Shown: positions 46,951 to 59,310 of the stretch, piece after piece
Layout: every line of letters starts with the position of its first letter
Position numbering within the stretch: position 1 is the first letter of the stretch
Assembly (NCBI GenBank): GCA_973895155.1
Contig: OZ316899.1
Span: 2,317,573-2,381,572, forward strand
DNA from: Marsupella aquatica
Lineage: Eukaryota; Plantae; Marchantiophyta
Length of the DNA stretch: 64,000 bases
Direction of reading: 5' to 3'
Made by a program: the position numbers and the translations under genes
Notes under the pieces: model-generated
The model's database searches: none
Told to the model about the DNA's origin: nothing
Seen by the model: only the letters and a program-made list of their open reading frames with translations

Positions 46951-49866
46951 TTGGTACTTTTCCTGACTAAAGTACGAATGTCTTTGTATTGGGCTTGGTT
47001 TCGGATGCAACTTGGGAGGAGCTGCCGAGTGAACACAAAGCGGAGGAGCACGCATTGGAGGTTGAGGCTATGGAGGGGAATGGCACGGATGGGGGGGGGA
47101 GGAGACAAAGCAGCCAGGGTGGGTGGAGATGGAGCAGGGCCGTCGCAACAGATCTCGGACATTATGGCAGAGATTTTCAAGAGGCAAGCAGGCCTGTCTG
47201 CTGAAGCTGCGGCCATAGCAGCTCAATTGACCCAGGGCCTGATTGACGAATCCAGGCAATCTGCCATAAGTGAAGTAGAGAAGGCTTTCATGGAGAGGCT
47301 AGAGAAAGGAAAGGAGAAAAAAAGAAAGAGGAAGGAGGAGAGGAAAGGCAGGCCAGTGGAGGCCCTCTCACCACAAGAAAGAGAGAAGAGGCTTAGAAAG
47401 GAGGCTCGAGCTGCAGAGAGGGCAAGGATTGAGGAAGAGAGGCTATGAGCAGAGGAAAGGGCCAAACGGCCAAAATTGTTCATTAATAAGGGAGGAGCTC
47501 CGATGACAAAGAGCTACAATTTGTTCAGAAGTCAGCTAGGGCAGGTGTTGAGGGCAAATTTCAGCCCCTTAGACTACTGGGGAAGAAGAAAGAAGAGGAG
47601 AAATTTCAAGCAAGGGAGCAAGTGAAGGAGCGATTCTGTAATGGCTGTTTCCTGGATGATCGATGGCTGAATAAGAAGATCTCACGTTCACTTGCAGATA
47701 GACGTAATAATGTGAGAGAAAAGATGAGGAAGTACCTAGCAGATTGTAAGGAGGAGGCAGAGGTGATCAGGCAGAGAGATCCCCCAAATGAGATACCAGC
47801 TAATGCCTGGTCTGCTTGGATTGATGCTGAGCTACAGGTTCGTGCTTGGCAAGCGAGACGTCACTGGCAGGCTGAGCTCGATGAGGCAGAGAAGAGGGTC
47901 CTTTCAGGACAGACTATTGACATCCCCCTCCTGCAGCAAAACTTAATGGAATGGGAGGCCAAATTAGCACTGCTTGGAGACCCTCCACTTTACATTCAAA
48001 ATGCAATTGAGAGGGTGGAGAAGAGGCCTACAGTTACTCACCGAATGGGGCAGGGTGGAGCGCATTGTCTCAAAGCAGAGTTTGTGAGTCCTCTGCTCCC
48101 CTCCTCCTTGCTCGCCTCCTTGCTGAATTTGCACCTCGAAATTGGGTCCTCCCTCTCCCTGATCACCTCAGGCACAACCTTGGCTATGCCTGCATAAGTC
48201 CTCCCAGACCTCCCCTCTTATCCCTGTGCGTTTGTTATCAAGCATGTATCGCAAGTTTTGATGTGTCCTTATTTTTTTCTGTTTCCGATTCTATTCCGAT
48301 TGCTGAAGAGTCGGAAATGGAGTGGGACTCTCTCTTATGGGTTTTGGACGCAAGGCTTCCGATTATGGTCTGATTACCTGAGAATCGGACCCTGAATCGG
48401 ACCTTAGGTTTTGGGGTTTAGGGTGGAGGGGTCCGATTAGGGAAGCATCAGAAAATTCAAATTTTTGAATATTTGACTGTTTTAGGCCACGCCGGGGGGG
48501 TTTGCTTTTTTTAAGGAGTGTCGGGCTTAGGTTGTTGTTGCTTTTTGCGATAGTTAGGCCACGATAATAAGGGAGTATTTTATATAGGTAGAGTGGGTAG
48601 TGATACCCATGAGTTGAAAGGGATGTGGGGGTGTTAGGGAATTTTTCTAAGTAATGTGTGGGGCTAGGTAGGGATTATTATTCATTAAGTAATGTGGGGG
48701 ATCTGGTAGGGATTAACTTTTAAAATAATGTATTTCAAGTAATGGGGGGTTTCAATTTTATTCTCATTTGCTGGGGAGGGGGGTTAATTATTATCTTGAG
48801 TATGGTGCAGGAGTGAGAGCATGGACGCCCAATTTTGCCGCCTGAGAGAGAGTTGGCTAAGAAATTTGGAACGTGGGCTCTAAAGCTTCACATGCAGGAC
48901 GAGTTGGGGTCGGTAAGTATATGCACAATTGAAAACCATATTTCTAACCTTTGAATGCAACATGGTTATAATCACTCCCTTGTAGGTCATTTGCAACACT
49001 AACACTTGGGTTGATGGTTGCTTACATGTATGTAGGAGTCAAATGAGGAGTCGGAGGGTTTGGACTCAGCCGAGGAGGGTTCGGGGGCCTCAGATTCAGA
49101 GTCTGAGGCTGAGGCTGAGGAGGGGAGTGTGGCACCCACCCCTGTTCGCTTGATTGGCGGCGCATCCCGAGGGACTCAAGGTAGTCATTCCAGACGGAGG
49201 ACTGGTGGTGATGTAGGTGGCCGTAGAGCAGCAGGAGGTAGTGGGGGTACTACAGCTGCTGGAGGTGGTGTTGGGACAGGTGGTAGTGGGCGCCGAGGAG
49301 GTTTTGATCGATCTGCAGGTGCTGGTGGGCGGGGTAGTACTAGGGCCCATAGTGGTTCTCACAGGCCCAGGTCTGGTGGGGGGGTTGGTAGTGGGCCCCA
49401 TGGTGGTTCTCACCGCCATTCAGGGGTTGTTGGCGGGAATGGTTCTCGCCGTTCACGGGCTAGTGGTGGAGGGGCAAGTGGGGGTGGGAGCACTGCTCGT
49501 GGTCATTCAGGGGCCAACAGGGTGAGTGGGACTGCAGTTGGTGGCATTGGTGATGGGACTCCATCTCATCAGTCAGGGGCTAGTGGAGGTGCAGGGTCTC
49601 ACCACTCTGCAGCCCAAGGGGGTAGTGGAAGTGCATCATTTCATACTTGCTCCGATGCTAGGGGTGTTGCAGTGCCTTCTCATGACTTAGAAGGTGATGT
49701 TGGTGACGTTGGTACCGCGATAGCTCCAAGCACCACAGCTGCAACTGGATCTCATGCTGTCATTGATAGGGTCCTAGGGTTAGTGCCAGATGCCACTACC
49801 CGACCAGAGAGTTATCGCCCTTGTGCCAAGAAGAGGAAGGGACGACATGCACCAACATATGGATAG
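46951..49866 (+). CDS. divergently oriented multi-exon CACTA TnpA/Transposase_24-like gene (exons ~46951-47448, 47622-48090, 49060-49866)
   Basis: RRNNVREKM...PPNEIPANAWSAW...THRMGQGGAHCLKAEF|GT; Gly-rich last exon. The exon structure is tentative. Confidence 0.5.
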
Positions 49867-50956
49867 GCCAGGTAGCTTAGCATAGGACCATTTGTAGGTA
49901 GGCCGCGATGCCATGCAGGTTGAGATGGATTATACACTTGTACATGTAAGGGTTGTACTTTCCATGCTAGAGGAAGCCATCCTCTTTTGTATATATAATG
50001 GCAGGGGTTTTCCCCCTTTTGAGTCTCACTACCATTCTTGCTACCCATGCTCACTTCCATGCATCCCAACATTGTAACCCCCACACCCCCAAAATTAATA
50101 ATCAGAAATTTTACCCCATCAATTATCCGATACTCCTCCGATCTTAAAACTATCGAAATGTCCGATTCTCTAAAACTCGGAATTTGCCATCCCCAGAGAA
50201 TCGATCTTTCCGATACCCTCGGTTACGGTCTTTCCGATACTTCTACTAACGGTATTTCCGATATTTCTAACGATGGTATTTTTGATCCTCTTATTTACGG
50301 TCTTTGCGTAACCTTTTGGTATGCAATATGCGATATTCAGAGTTACCCAAATTTTGATTCTTTACGTATCATAAGTGTATTGGAAACACTCAGCTTTTGG
50401 GCCGCCTCCCCTCTTCCATTTACGATTTTATTAACATCGGATGGCTGTTTTTCCGTTATTGTCGAGTACGCAAAGTGCGTTAATTTTAGTATCGCAAACT
50501 CCAATTATCTTCCGATTGTCGTTATTCGATGGGTTGAGTATCGGAATTTGCGATACTTTTAGAGTCGGATGAGATGTTTTTCTTGGCAACATTTTACAAA
50601 GGGATCCGAAGGTGTTCGTATCGGAAATTGGCCTCATAATGTACTAGTGTATTTGCTCTGAAGTGCCTGGATTTTTTTATTTATTTTTTTCACCCCATTG
50701 CCTAGTATCTGGTATGCTCTCGACCCCACGCCTATCCATATATAGCCAGAAATTTTATCTTTCCTGTTTGAGCATATTCTCTGTGCACTGAGGACATCTG
50801 TTTCAGCATTTTTGTTATAGTTTTTTTTTGGGGGGGGGAGGGGACTACGCCAAAATGGATGCTTCGATCCCATCTGTTTATATAGGCCTGACTTGTGACA
50901 TCCTTTTTTTGTGTGTATGCAGAGGATAAATTTTTTGGGTGTAACATACTATAGTC

Positions 50957-53004
50957 ATGGTTGTTGCTTCTTTAAAGAAAGGTGAGACATTTGAGTGTTG
51001 GGATGATGTCAAGATGGCAATTGTCAGGCACGGGGTGGCAACAGAATGGGTTATTAAACTTACAAAAAGGACAGACTATGTTTTCTTGGGAAATGCAAAA
51101 TGTGGTGGCATGAAAACCCTACCCAGAAATGTCAGTGGTCCATTCGAGTCATTATGAGCTCCAAGACGGAAACTATTACCATTACGCAATTGAATGATCA
51201 CCATACTTGTTGTGCAGCAGATCATTACATTAGGCAAATGCATAACTCATCTGACTACTTGGCTACTTTGATCTTTGACATTTTAATTAAAAACAGACAA
51301 ACCAGAGCTTGCTCTTTGAGGGACACTGCCCAGGCTATTTGGCATCTAGATGTTAGGTATCACACAACACATATAGCCAAGAAAAAGGCTCTTGTCCGAC
51401 TAGATGGTGATGAGAAGGAGTCCTTCCATCTCATTCCTAGTCATTGTCACCACATTTTACAAAGGGATCCAGGGGCTGTGGCGAACTACACGGCACCAAA
51501 TGGATCCTTTGAAACTCTCTTTGTGTGTCCTTCAGCATCTCGAAAGGCTTATCCACACTATAGGCCGCTCGTTGCTTTAGATGGCACTCACACCAAGTCA
51601 GCATATCCTCAGATGTTATTGGTAGCCATAGTGTTAGATGCTAATAACACTGTTTTGATTCTGGCTTATTGCATGGTTCCGTCAGAAAATGAACAATTTT
51701 GGATGAGATTTCTGAAGTGCTTGCATGATGCAATCCCATAATTGTCTCGTAGTTGTACAATTTTTATTTCAGATAGAGAGAAGGGACTGGAGAATGTTGT
51801 GGATGAGGTCTTCCCACTAGCATTCCATGCTTTTTGCACATGGCACTTGGGAAAAAAATTGCAAGACCACTCCAACAAGGCAGCAAGGAAAGCATTTGAT
51901 GGGCTGGTGTATGCTGCCAACGAGGATCAGTACTTGCGGAGGCTAGACCGCATTGAACATGAGCACCCATCAGCATTTGAGTACATTGTGAACACTGCTG
52001 ATCCATCTCATTACTCAAGAGCATTTATGCCCTATCCCAGGTCATACTTCATACACCCTACCCATTGATGCATTAGTCATTCAACTCCTCTGAAGAGAAA
52101 TTCAGTGTTTTGTTTTGATGTTGTTATTGGCATTGTCATTATTAGGTGGGGCCACGAGATATCCCAGCAAGCTGAGAGCACAAATCGAGCACTGAAGGCT
52201 AAGCGACAAGAAGTGGCCTTCAAACAATCCAATCTGATATGGGATTACATGATGAAGCACTACTATGAGAAGAGGGCGCTTGTAGAGTCTTTAAGTACAC
52301 CATTTCCTCCAAACATCATGGCAATACTGAGGGATCGACATGAGGAAGGTCTTCAACTTGTTGTAGACCCATCAAGCCCTACGGAAGTCAGAATTACAGA
52401 TTCGAGTGGCAGGCATTTCCTGGTCAGTTTGGAGCCACTGAAGGAATGTTCGTGTGGTGATTGGCAGGATGTAGTCATGCTTGGAGAGCATTACCAGATT
52501 GCATCTTTGCCATTACAATTTTGTTTCACCATTTTATTTTGTGGATTCATTCAAACAGACGTACAGTAGTAGCCTCCTGCAATTTTGAAGGATGATCTAC
52601 ACCCTGATTCATGGTGTGGCCCACCTTTGAAGAGGCGGAAGCAAGGACGTCCAACTGAGAAACCAAGGATGAGATTCCCAGAGGAGGATGGGGTCCGATT
52701 GCCCAGGACCTGTGGTTTTTGCAAGGAAAGGGGCCATGACAAGAGAACTTGCCAGCTTAAGAAGGATCAACTTGGACATGGGCAGGAGAACTTGGACAGA
52801 ACTCACACTTGTGGTGAGGAGTTTGAAGACATATCAGATTCTGGCAATGGAGATGACAATGATGACATTGTGGATATAAACCAGTCAGCACCATTCATGG
52901 AGGACGACAATGAAAGCGGCCCATCTTTAACTTGCCCTTTCAAAATGGGTTCATTTAGTACCTTTCTAGCCAGTTGTTTTGAAGGATTTTGCTTACAGTC
53001 ATAA
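50957..53004 (+). pseudogene. MuDR/MULE transposase; frameshift near 51120, TAA at 51739-51741, intron 52041-52145
   Basis: GETF..W, HTC, VALDGTH, AYCMVPSEN..W, FISDREKGL, FCTWHL, SWIM CSCGDWQ and knuckle CGFCKERGHDKRTC. Confidence 0.92.
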
Positions 53005-53699
53005 ACATATTTTGGACTGGCAAGATACATTTTGTTCAGAGTGATTGTGAACATGGGTTCTTATGTGGCCCTGGTGTTGTTTGCTTTTGGCAATGAATGT
53101 GACAATGAATGATAAAATTCTTGCCAATCTCACTACTTTGTACACCCTGGGGACTTCACACTTACGCTTTATTTGTATTGACTCTGATGATGGATGATGG
53201 ACTCCTATGTGTAAGGTGTGGGCAGTTTTTGATCTGGACGTTCACTCTAAACATGAAAACAAAACAACGAACAATTTGCTTGCCTTCATTCCATAAACTT
53301 TCATACAATACCTAAGCATAACTACATTGCAAAGGCAATGCAGCAAATGAAAGTCGACCATATGGAAAAATAGAGGCACACAAAGATCTGTTCAGGGATG
53401 TGTTGTGTATTACAGAACTCTAAAAACAGACTCTTGCACTTTCATTATATGAACAACGTTGTAAATACGTACACAAACAACAAAAGTGTTTGGGGTTTCA
53501 TTGAAAAAGACCAAGCATAGTACATTACAATAGTCAAAATAGTCTTGGAGGCAGCGAAGCAAGTGTAAGAACAAAAGTTTGCCTCGAAAGTCTGATGTTT
53601 GTGCGGCTACAAACTACCTGAGCTATATATGCGGCCAGAGATATTCTTCTAACACCACTATAGTATGAGAATGACGAAGCTTGTAAGGTAGGCTACAAT

Positions 53700-54450
53700 C
53701 TACTTCTCGTACACCTTAAAGCTTCCTGGCTGCTCATGGAAATAATGCACGGCTAGTAGGTTGGAAATAGTGGATTTCCAATCTTTGACATTCTGAGGCA
53801 CCCACTTATGAATGCCAAACACAACAAAACCTTTCTTGCCAGTGATAGTCTCCAGGTAGAACAATTCAGTGACAAGCAGACAGTCAGGCTCCTCTTGGAA
53901 ACAGTAGCAAAGGTCACCATCTCTGAAGACCTTCCCTTCTCCTAAAATCTCGGTTGGATTTCCGATCTGGATCTTCTGCTGTTGGCCAATTTTGCAATCC
54001 TCAAACCGGAAAGTGAATGCCCGCCCAATGTTGTCGCTCTCCTCCACTGCCCAAAACTCAAATGGAGTAGGACATACCGAGGCCCTGGTCATGTCAACCC
54101 GTGTGGACTGAACAAGCTTCCAATTCCATTTTGGATTGGCAACAAAGGTGTGATACTCTACTATGTAATCTTTCATAGCTTGTGATGTAAAACAACAAGG
54201 TTCTATGGAATTGCCCACTGGAAATCTGAAAGAGAAGCACAGAGAAATAATGGTTAAGAAAAATTCCATAGTATTTGAACTTAGTGCACATTGTACAGAA
54301 AACCAGTTGCAGAGAAAAACAGAGGCACCATACACGAATAATGTGTCCAATACTTCAATGAATTTAAGCTAGCTGCATAAGCTAATGCAAGAGTTTACAT
54401 ACCTATCCCATTGAGGCCTGAAGGCAGGATCGATCCGTTTACGCAATGAT
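53700..54450 (-). pseudogene. MULE second (accessory) gene, convergent with the transposase; upstream exon split by the solo-LTR insertion
   Basis: Removing 54451-60418 restores ...KDTVESLRKRIDPAFRPQWDR, and intron 54226-54402 (GT-AG) then joins it to FPVGNSIEPCC... Confidence 0.6.
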
Positions 54451-54917
54451 TGTGACGCCGCCGGTACGGCGAGTAATGAGTAATTCAGTCTGGGCCGCGC
54501 TTAGCATGCGCGTTAGGGGTATCTTAGGCCGCTATTATGAGCATAACGACAGTATTTAGGTAACCATTATGAGTAGGAAATCATTAGTCAATAAGGGGAA
54601 TTCATGTTCGGACTAGCGGCGTGTCGCCATTCGCACGCCCGGGTTGCGAGCGTGGAGGGGCCCCTCCCTCGGGTCCGTATAACAAACTTAGGGAAGCGGC
54701 CACTGACACGCGCTGACTCAGACCGGCGGAGTGGCCGGTACACTACAAGCGTGAACGGTTCAGCCTATAGGCAACGAGGAGACGTCGGGGGATCGACAAG
54801 CCCTCAAGGTAGAAAAAGGGAGCCGACCCTTTGTAGCACACCAGTCCATCAGTCCATGCGCCAGCTTTGACCCCAGCTCTCTCGTTCGCTCTTAGTCGCC
54901 ACTGCTATCTCCTCTGA

Positions 54918-55355
54918 ATGTCGCACACGATCCTCTCCAGTTCGGCCATTCAATTCTGGACGCAGTTCCTATCTACCGGAAGACACTTGGCCAACTCATT
55001 GAAACATGCCAACCCGCACCGACACAAAATCGAGCGCGAGTACGAGAGAGCCATCCGCCTACCAGGACGACACCACTATATCCTTAACTTTGACTACCCG
55101 TCTCAGAGCGAGCTTTACCAACCAGTAGAGGTATTTGGGTACTTCTTCAACGGAGACAAATATATCGGTTTCTGGGAAGCATTGCTTCGGCTTCCAGACG
55201 AGGTCTTCAATATCCCGAGTACGATCGACTTGCAACGACATCACTTCGACCACATCCCTACTCAGGTTCGGGCTATCATCAACAGCGAGTCCAGCACTAC
55301 CCGTTCGACAAGGTCGTCTGCACTTGCTTCGGAGAACTTCTACCAGCACCTGTAG
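54918..55355 (+). CDS. ORF of unknown function inside the solo-LTR-like unit (frame continues after TAG into a Pro/Gln-rich stretch)
   Basis: 145-aa ORF with a globular-looking composition, in frame with 55362-55586. Confidence 0.4.
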   Translation: MSHTILSSSAIQFWTQFLSTGRHLANSLKHANPHRHKIEREYERAIRLPGRHHYILNFDYPSQSELYQPVEVFGYFFNGDKYIGFWEALLRLPDEVFNIPSTIDLQRHHFDHIPTQVRAIINSESSTTRSTRSSALASENFYQHL

Positions 55356-56691
55356 AGCTTCATGGGAACTAGACCCTCAACCGCCGGCGCCGGCCTAGTC
55401 GACCCCATACCCGTACCCGCACCAACGCAGACTCAGGCTCAGGCTCAAGCTCAGCTTCAGTCTCAGTCTCAGCCTCAGCCTAGGCAACCCCCACCGCCGA
55501 TCGCCCCGCCAGTACAAGTATGCTCCGTCATCAATAGTGGTGGCCCTCCCACCACGTGCCCGTCCAAACTCGTTTCTCAGCCTTGAAACAAGTCGAACCT
55601 TGCACTAACACGGAATGTTGGGGCAAGTTCTCCCCGACTATACTCCTTGTCGTTAGCGACCCCTCCCATACAAAGCCGCACTTGCCCTCGTCAGCACAAC
55701 CGTCGCTCAACGGTCTTTGCTATCTGCACAAGCAACCAACCAACCGGTAAGAACTTGTCTTGATCTCGGAACTCCCAAGACCATTGTCTTGCCTCAAGCT
55801 CAACAGTCGTTAGTAAGTAGGTCAGCGGATAGAGCCTCCCAGGCCCACATGGCCTTGCCATAAGCTGAAACTAAGGTCGACATCACTGTTCGTCCAGAAC
55901 AGTCTATCTACTGGATGTCGCCCAAGATTCCCCACTTTCTACCCGTCAATGGCTGACCGCCCTGCCTCCAGGACATGCCCATGGCCCAAACTCAGTTTGT
56001 CACAAACTAGTAGTAACACGCCGGGACCATTCAGTTTCTAGATCTTAGCCACCTCTCTGCGAAACCGGGTTCCGCTCAACCTCTCACCATGCATCGGGAC
56101 CAGATCTCAATGGCAGCCCCCAGAGTCTACTTGGTTCTACCTCTCCAACATCAGGTCCCCGTGGGAACCAAATGCGGTTTGGTCACTGTTCGACTTCGGA
56201 TCGGCAAGAGGGACTCCCCCCATTGCAAGCCTCAAAACCAAAATCATCCAATGCACAATCAGAGAGCACCATGAGGTAGCTTTCTTCATTAGATTTCCAA
56301 CAAGCCCAAGAACTCCTCCAACGGAGATCCGGTCGTCGAGTTATGTTTGTTTCCGCTTCAAAACTCGAAACGACGTATCTTCGTTGATCGCGACCAGCTC
56401 GAGCTCAAACTTGAGAGGACCACTCCCCTCATATATGCTTCTGGGGACCTGCCACCCCCGGACCAGATTTGGTCCCCTATCTTTGGCCCCCTACCCAAGG
56501 GTCCGTGGGCCCCGCCACTTAGCTCGAAACGAAGATAATTGAAAACCTTCTGTAACTTGGCCTCGAGCGCAAATTGTGGCATAAGGGGCTAAAAGTTACG
56601 GCCCTAACCCCGCTCTGGTCCAGGCAACCCCCCCGGTCCAGGCAACCCCCTCTTGGTCCATCGATGCGCGGCGACTCTAATCGAGTCTAAA

Positions 56692-57311
56692 TCGGCCATA
56701 ATTTTTGGCCCCTAGGTCCGTTGGCCAAAACATATGCGGCCCCATGATCGGGCTCATGTGGGGCTTCTCAGGCCCCTATGGTGATCCGTTGGAAAAATAG
56801 TTCATTTTTCCGTGATCGGCAACGGGCCCAAACTACAAGTATGCGGCTTGAGTCGGCCATAACTTTTGGCCCCTGGGTCCGTTGGCCAAGAAATATGCGG
56901 CCCCATGATCGGGCTCATGTAGGGCTTCTTGGGCCCCTATGGTGATCCGTTGGAAAAATAGTTCATTTTTCCATGATCGGCAACGGGCCCAAACTACAAG
57001 CATGCGGCTTGAGTCGGCCATAACTTTTGGCCCCTGGGTCCGTTGGCTGAGAAATATGCGGCCCCATGATCGGGCTCATGTGGGGCTTCTCGGGCCCCTA
57101 TGGTGATCCGTTGGAAAATAGTTCATTTTTCCATGATCGGCAACGGGCCCAAACTACAAGCATGCGGCTTGAGTCGGCCATAACTTTTGGCCCCTGGGTC
57201 CGTTGGCCAAGAAATATGCGGCCCCATGATCGGGCTCATGTGGGGCTTCTTGGGCCCCTATGGTGATCCGTCAGAAAAATAGTTCATATTTCCGTGATCG
57301 GCAATGGGCCC
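56692..57311. repeat. ~161-bp tandem repeat, ~3.8 copies
   Basis: ATATGCGGCCCCATGATCGG recurs at 56732, 56893, 57054 and 57214. Confidence 0.95.
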
Positions 57312-57492
57312 AATAAAGTTAATTGGAGCGCGCTTTTCTCAAGTCTTGTCCTTGCTCTTACTAGCCTCCTCTTTGTTAGTTGCATCCCTAATGGCCATGA
57401 TGGTAGCAAATCTAAGAGGGGCTCAACGCTGGAGTTAGGCAACGCCGGAGCAATTACGAGTAGGTGAAAGTTGTATTCGCGACTTCAACGTT

Positions 57493-59310
57493 GTGGACCT
57501 TAGCGACGACGACGAGGCTACCCCACCCTTTCTCAGGCGGCCCAGAGGAGCAAACACTCAGGGGGCCGACACTACATCGTCCCCTTCCCATGCTCGGACC
57601 CAAGGAGCGGCTCCAGCAGACAACACGGTGACCGTGGCCGCCCCGGGCCCAATACTAACGGCGGTAGTACTACCTATGCCCGATCGAGAGGATGGGGAGG
57701 TGTCACACTCCCCGAGCCAGTCACGGGGGAAGAAGAGGAAGGAACCCGACGCTGCATCCGGGTTACCATTGGCCACGGTAGCCGTGACAATGCACCGCAT
57801 GGGGGAAAACGTGCATAAAAACATCCTCCATCCCAAGCATGCGGTGTACCTGAAGACTCAGGGATTCGAGCACCTCGCCTCTCTCCCCTGGAACACCTGC
57901 AGGTACGTTGGGGAGGACATGACGGAATTCGTCAAGAATTATGATGACGCACGTCAACATACTCGGCTGCGGGGAAGGAATATATCCCTCACGGAAGAAC
58001 GGCTCACGATGATCTTCGGGTTACCAAAAGGTGACCATCGAGTCGAATCACGGGCTCCCGGGGGCAAGGGAGCCAAGTACCAATCCTCGAGTTTTCCCTT
58101 AGAGGGAGCAGTGGACAACGGGTTCGTGATGAGGACCTGCCTCATCCCCAAGATAGCTGAGCGACTGGAGTTCCAAAGGTACGCCCTCCACATGATGGAA
58201 CCTCGGGGTGAGATCTCCGCTGCCCAGGTTATTCAGGTCGAGAACTATCGACCTAGGAAGTGGGCGTCGTACTTCGCTAAGAAATTCCATGAAGAGATGG
58301 AGCGGCGAAGAAAGACACTATACATTGGCGGGAAGGCGTATTTCGCTAGCCACATCGAGATCATTCTCGAGTGGTACGCTCGGTTTGATCGACAAACCCT
58401 TCCCCGTGTCAACGTTACAAAGCTGGTCCCAGCTAGGTGGGTTTTTCCGGCCTTGGGGAGACGGCCCCAACCCGAGGCCCAAAGTCCAGCGGACACGCAG
58501 GCTTCACCCACCCCACCTCCACAAGTAGCTGTAGTCGTAACCGAGGAGGTACCGGATGGGTCGGTAAACGCAACCGTAGATGCGAACCAACAGGCCGGGC
58601 CAAGTGCAAAAGTCGGTATAGCAGAAGCCTTACTCGAGCCCGGGTCTCCCAAAGACCCACCGGTGGCTATTCCGGAGAACCGGACATTGCTACAGGAGGG
58701 CACTCCAACCCCTTCCAACACTACGTCCCCAGGGCTGGATGTCACTGCCCCGGCCCCCGCGCGTGTTGACGTCTGCCCGTGCCCAACTCCGGACAGGCAC
58801 AACCTGGACCACCCGGAACTCTTCGTACCGGGTATATTTCTGAACGGGCTTCTGGGAGATTTCTCTCATCAAATTGCCCGGGATACCGGGGAGTTCATGG
58901 CCCGGAAGGTGGCCTGTTTCTTCAATCAGGAGTTGGTTGCCGCAGTAAAGGCAGGTAGGGCCCAGTTAGAGGCCCTTCAGAGGATAGAGCGGTACCGGGT
59001 GGAGTCCGTATACTTAAAGAACGAAGTTGCGGCTCAAGAGGCTGAGCTTCTGCAACTACGACCCAAGGTTGCAGCCGCCGATGAGTTGTTAGCAAAGGCG
59101 CACGCCCTTACCGCTCTAGCCAAACAGGCCAAAGCTGGGAATGAGGCCAAGATTGCACGACTCCGGAACCAGATTGACAGTTTGAAGAATCAAACTATCA
59201 TCTGGCAGAAAGACCTGGAGGAGGCCGAAGAACGGGCCCAGCGGGACACTGCGGAGATAGCCACGCTACAGGCCGAAGTGGCGCGGCTCCAAACCGAAGT
59301 CGAGAAGTAG
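57493..59310 (+). CDS. intact 605-aa accessory ORF (plant-transposon domain plus C-terminal coiled coil) inside the solo-LTR-like unit
   Basis: Uninterrupted ORF (GTG start call) with QGFEHLASLPW...EF...LTEERLTMIFGLP...DNGFVMRTC...KWASYF. Confidence 0.8.
   Translation: MDLSDDDEATPPFLRRPRGANTQGADTTSSPSHARTQGAAPADNTVTVAAPGPILTAVVLPMPDREDGEVSHSPSQSRGKKRKEPDAASGLPLATVAVTMHRMGENVHKNILHPKHAVYLKTQGFEHLASLPWNTCRYVGEDMTEFVKNYDDARQHTRLRGRNISLTEERLTMIFGLPKGDHRVESRAPGGKGAKYQSSSFPLEGAVDNGFVMRTCLIPKIAERLEFQRYALHMMEPRGEISAAQVIQVENYRPRKWASYFAKKFHEEMERRRKTLYIGGKAYFASHIEIILEWYARFDRQTLPRVNVTKLVPARWVFPALGRRPQPEAQSPADTQASPTPPPQVAVVVTEEVPDGSVNATVDANQQAGPSAKVGIAEALLEPGSPKDPPVAIPENRTLLQEGTPTPSNTTSPGLDVTAPAPARVDVCPCPTPDRHNLDHPELFVPGIFLNGLLGDFSHQIARDTGEFMARKVACFFNQELVAAVKAGRAQLEALQRIERYRVESVYLKNEVAAQEAELLQLRPKVAAADELLAKAHALTALAKQAKAGNEAKIARLRNQIDSLKNQTIIWQKDLEEAEERAQRDTAEIATLQAEVARLQTEVEK

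Larger units (their letters stand above)
40573..50649. mobile_element. CACTA/EnSpm element, 10.08 kb
   Basis: CACTAGTACATT...AATGTACTAGTG termini, 3-bp TSD TAT (40570-40572; 50650-50652), many subterminal TCCGA/TCGGA motifs and a TnpD-type transposase. Confidence 0.96.

Noticed and set aside
49060-49866. Host glycine-rich protein gene
   Set aside because: It lies inside the CACTA TIRs and is best read as a low-complexity exon of the TnpA-like gene.
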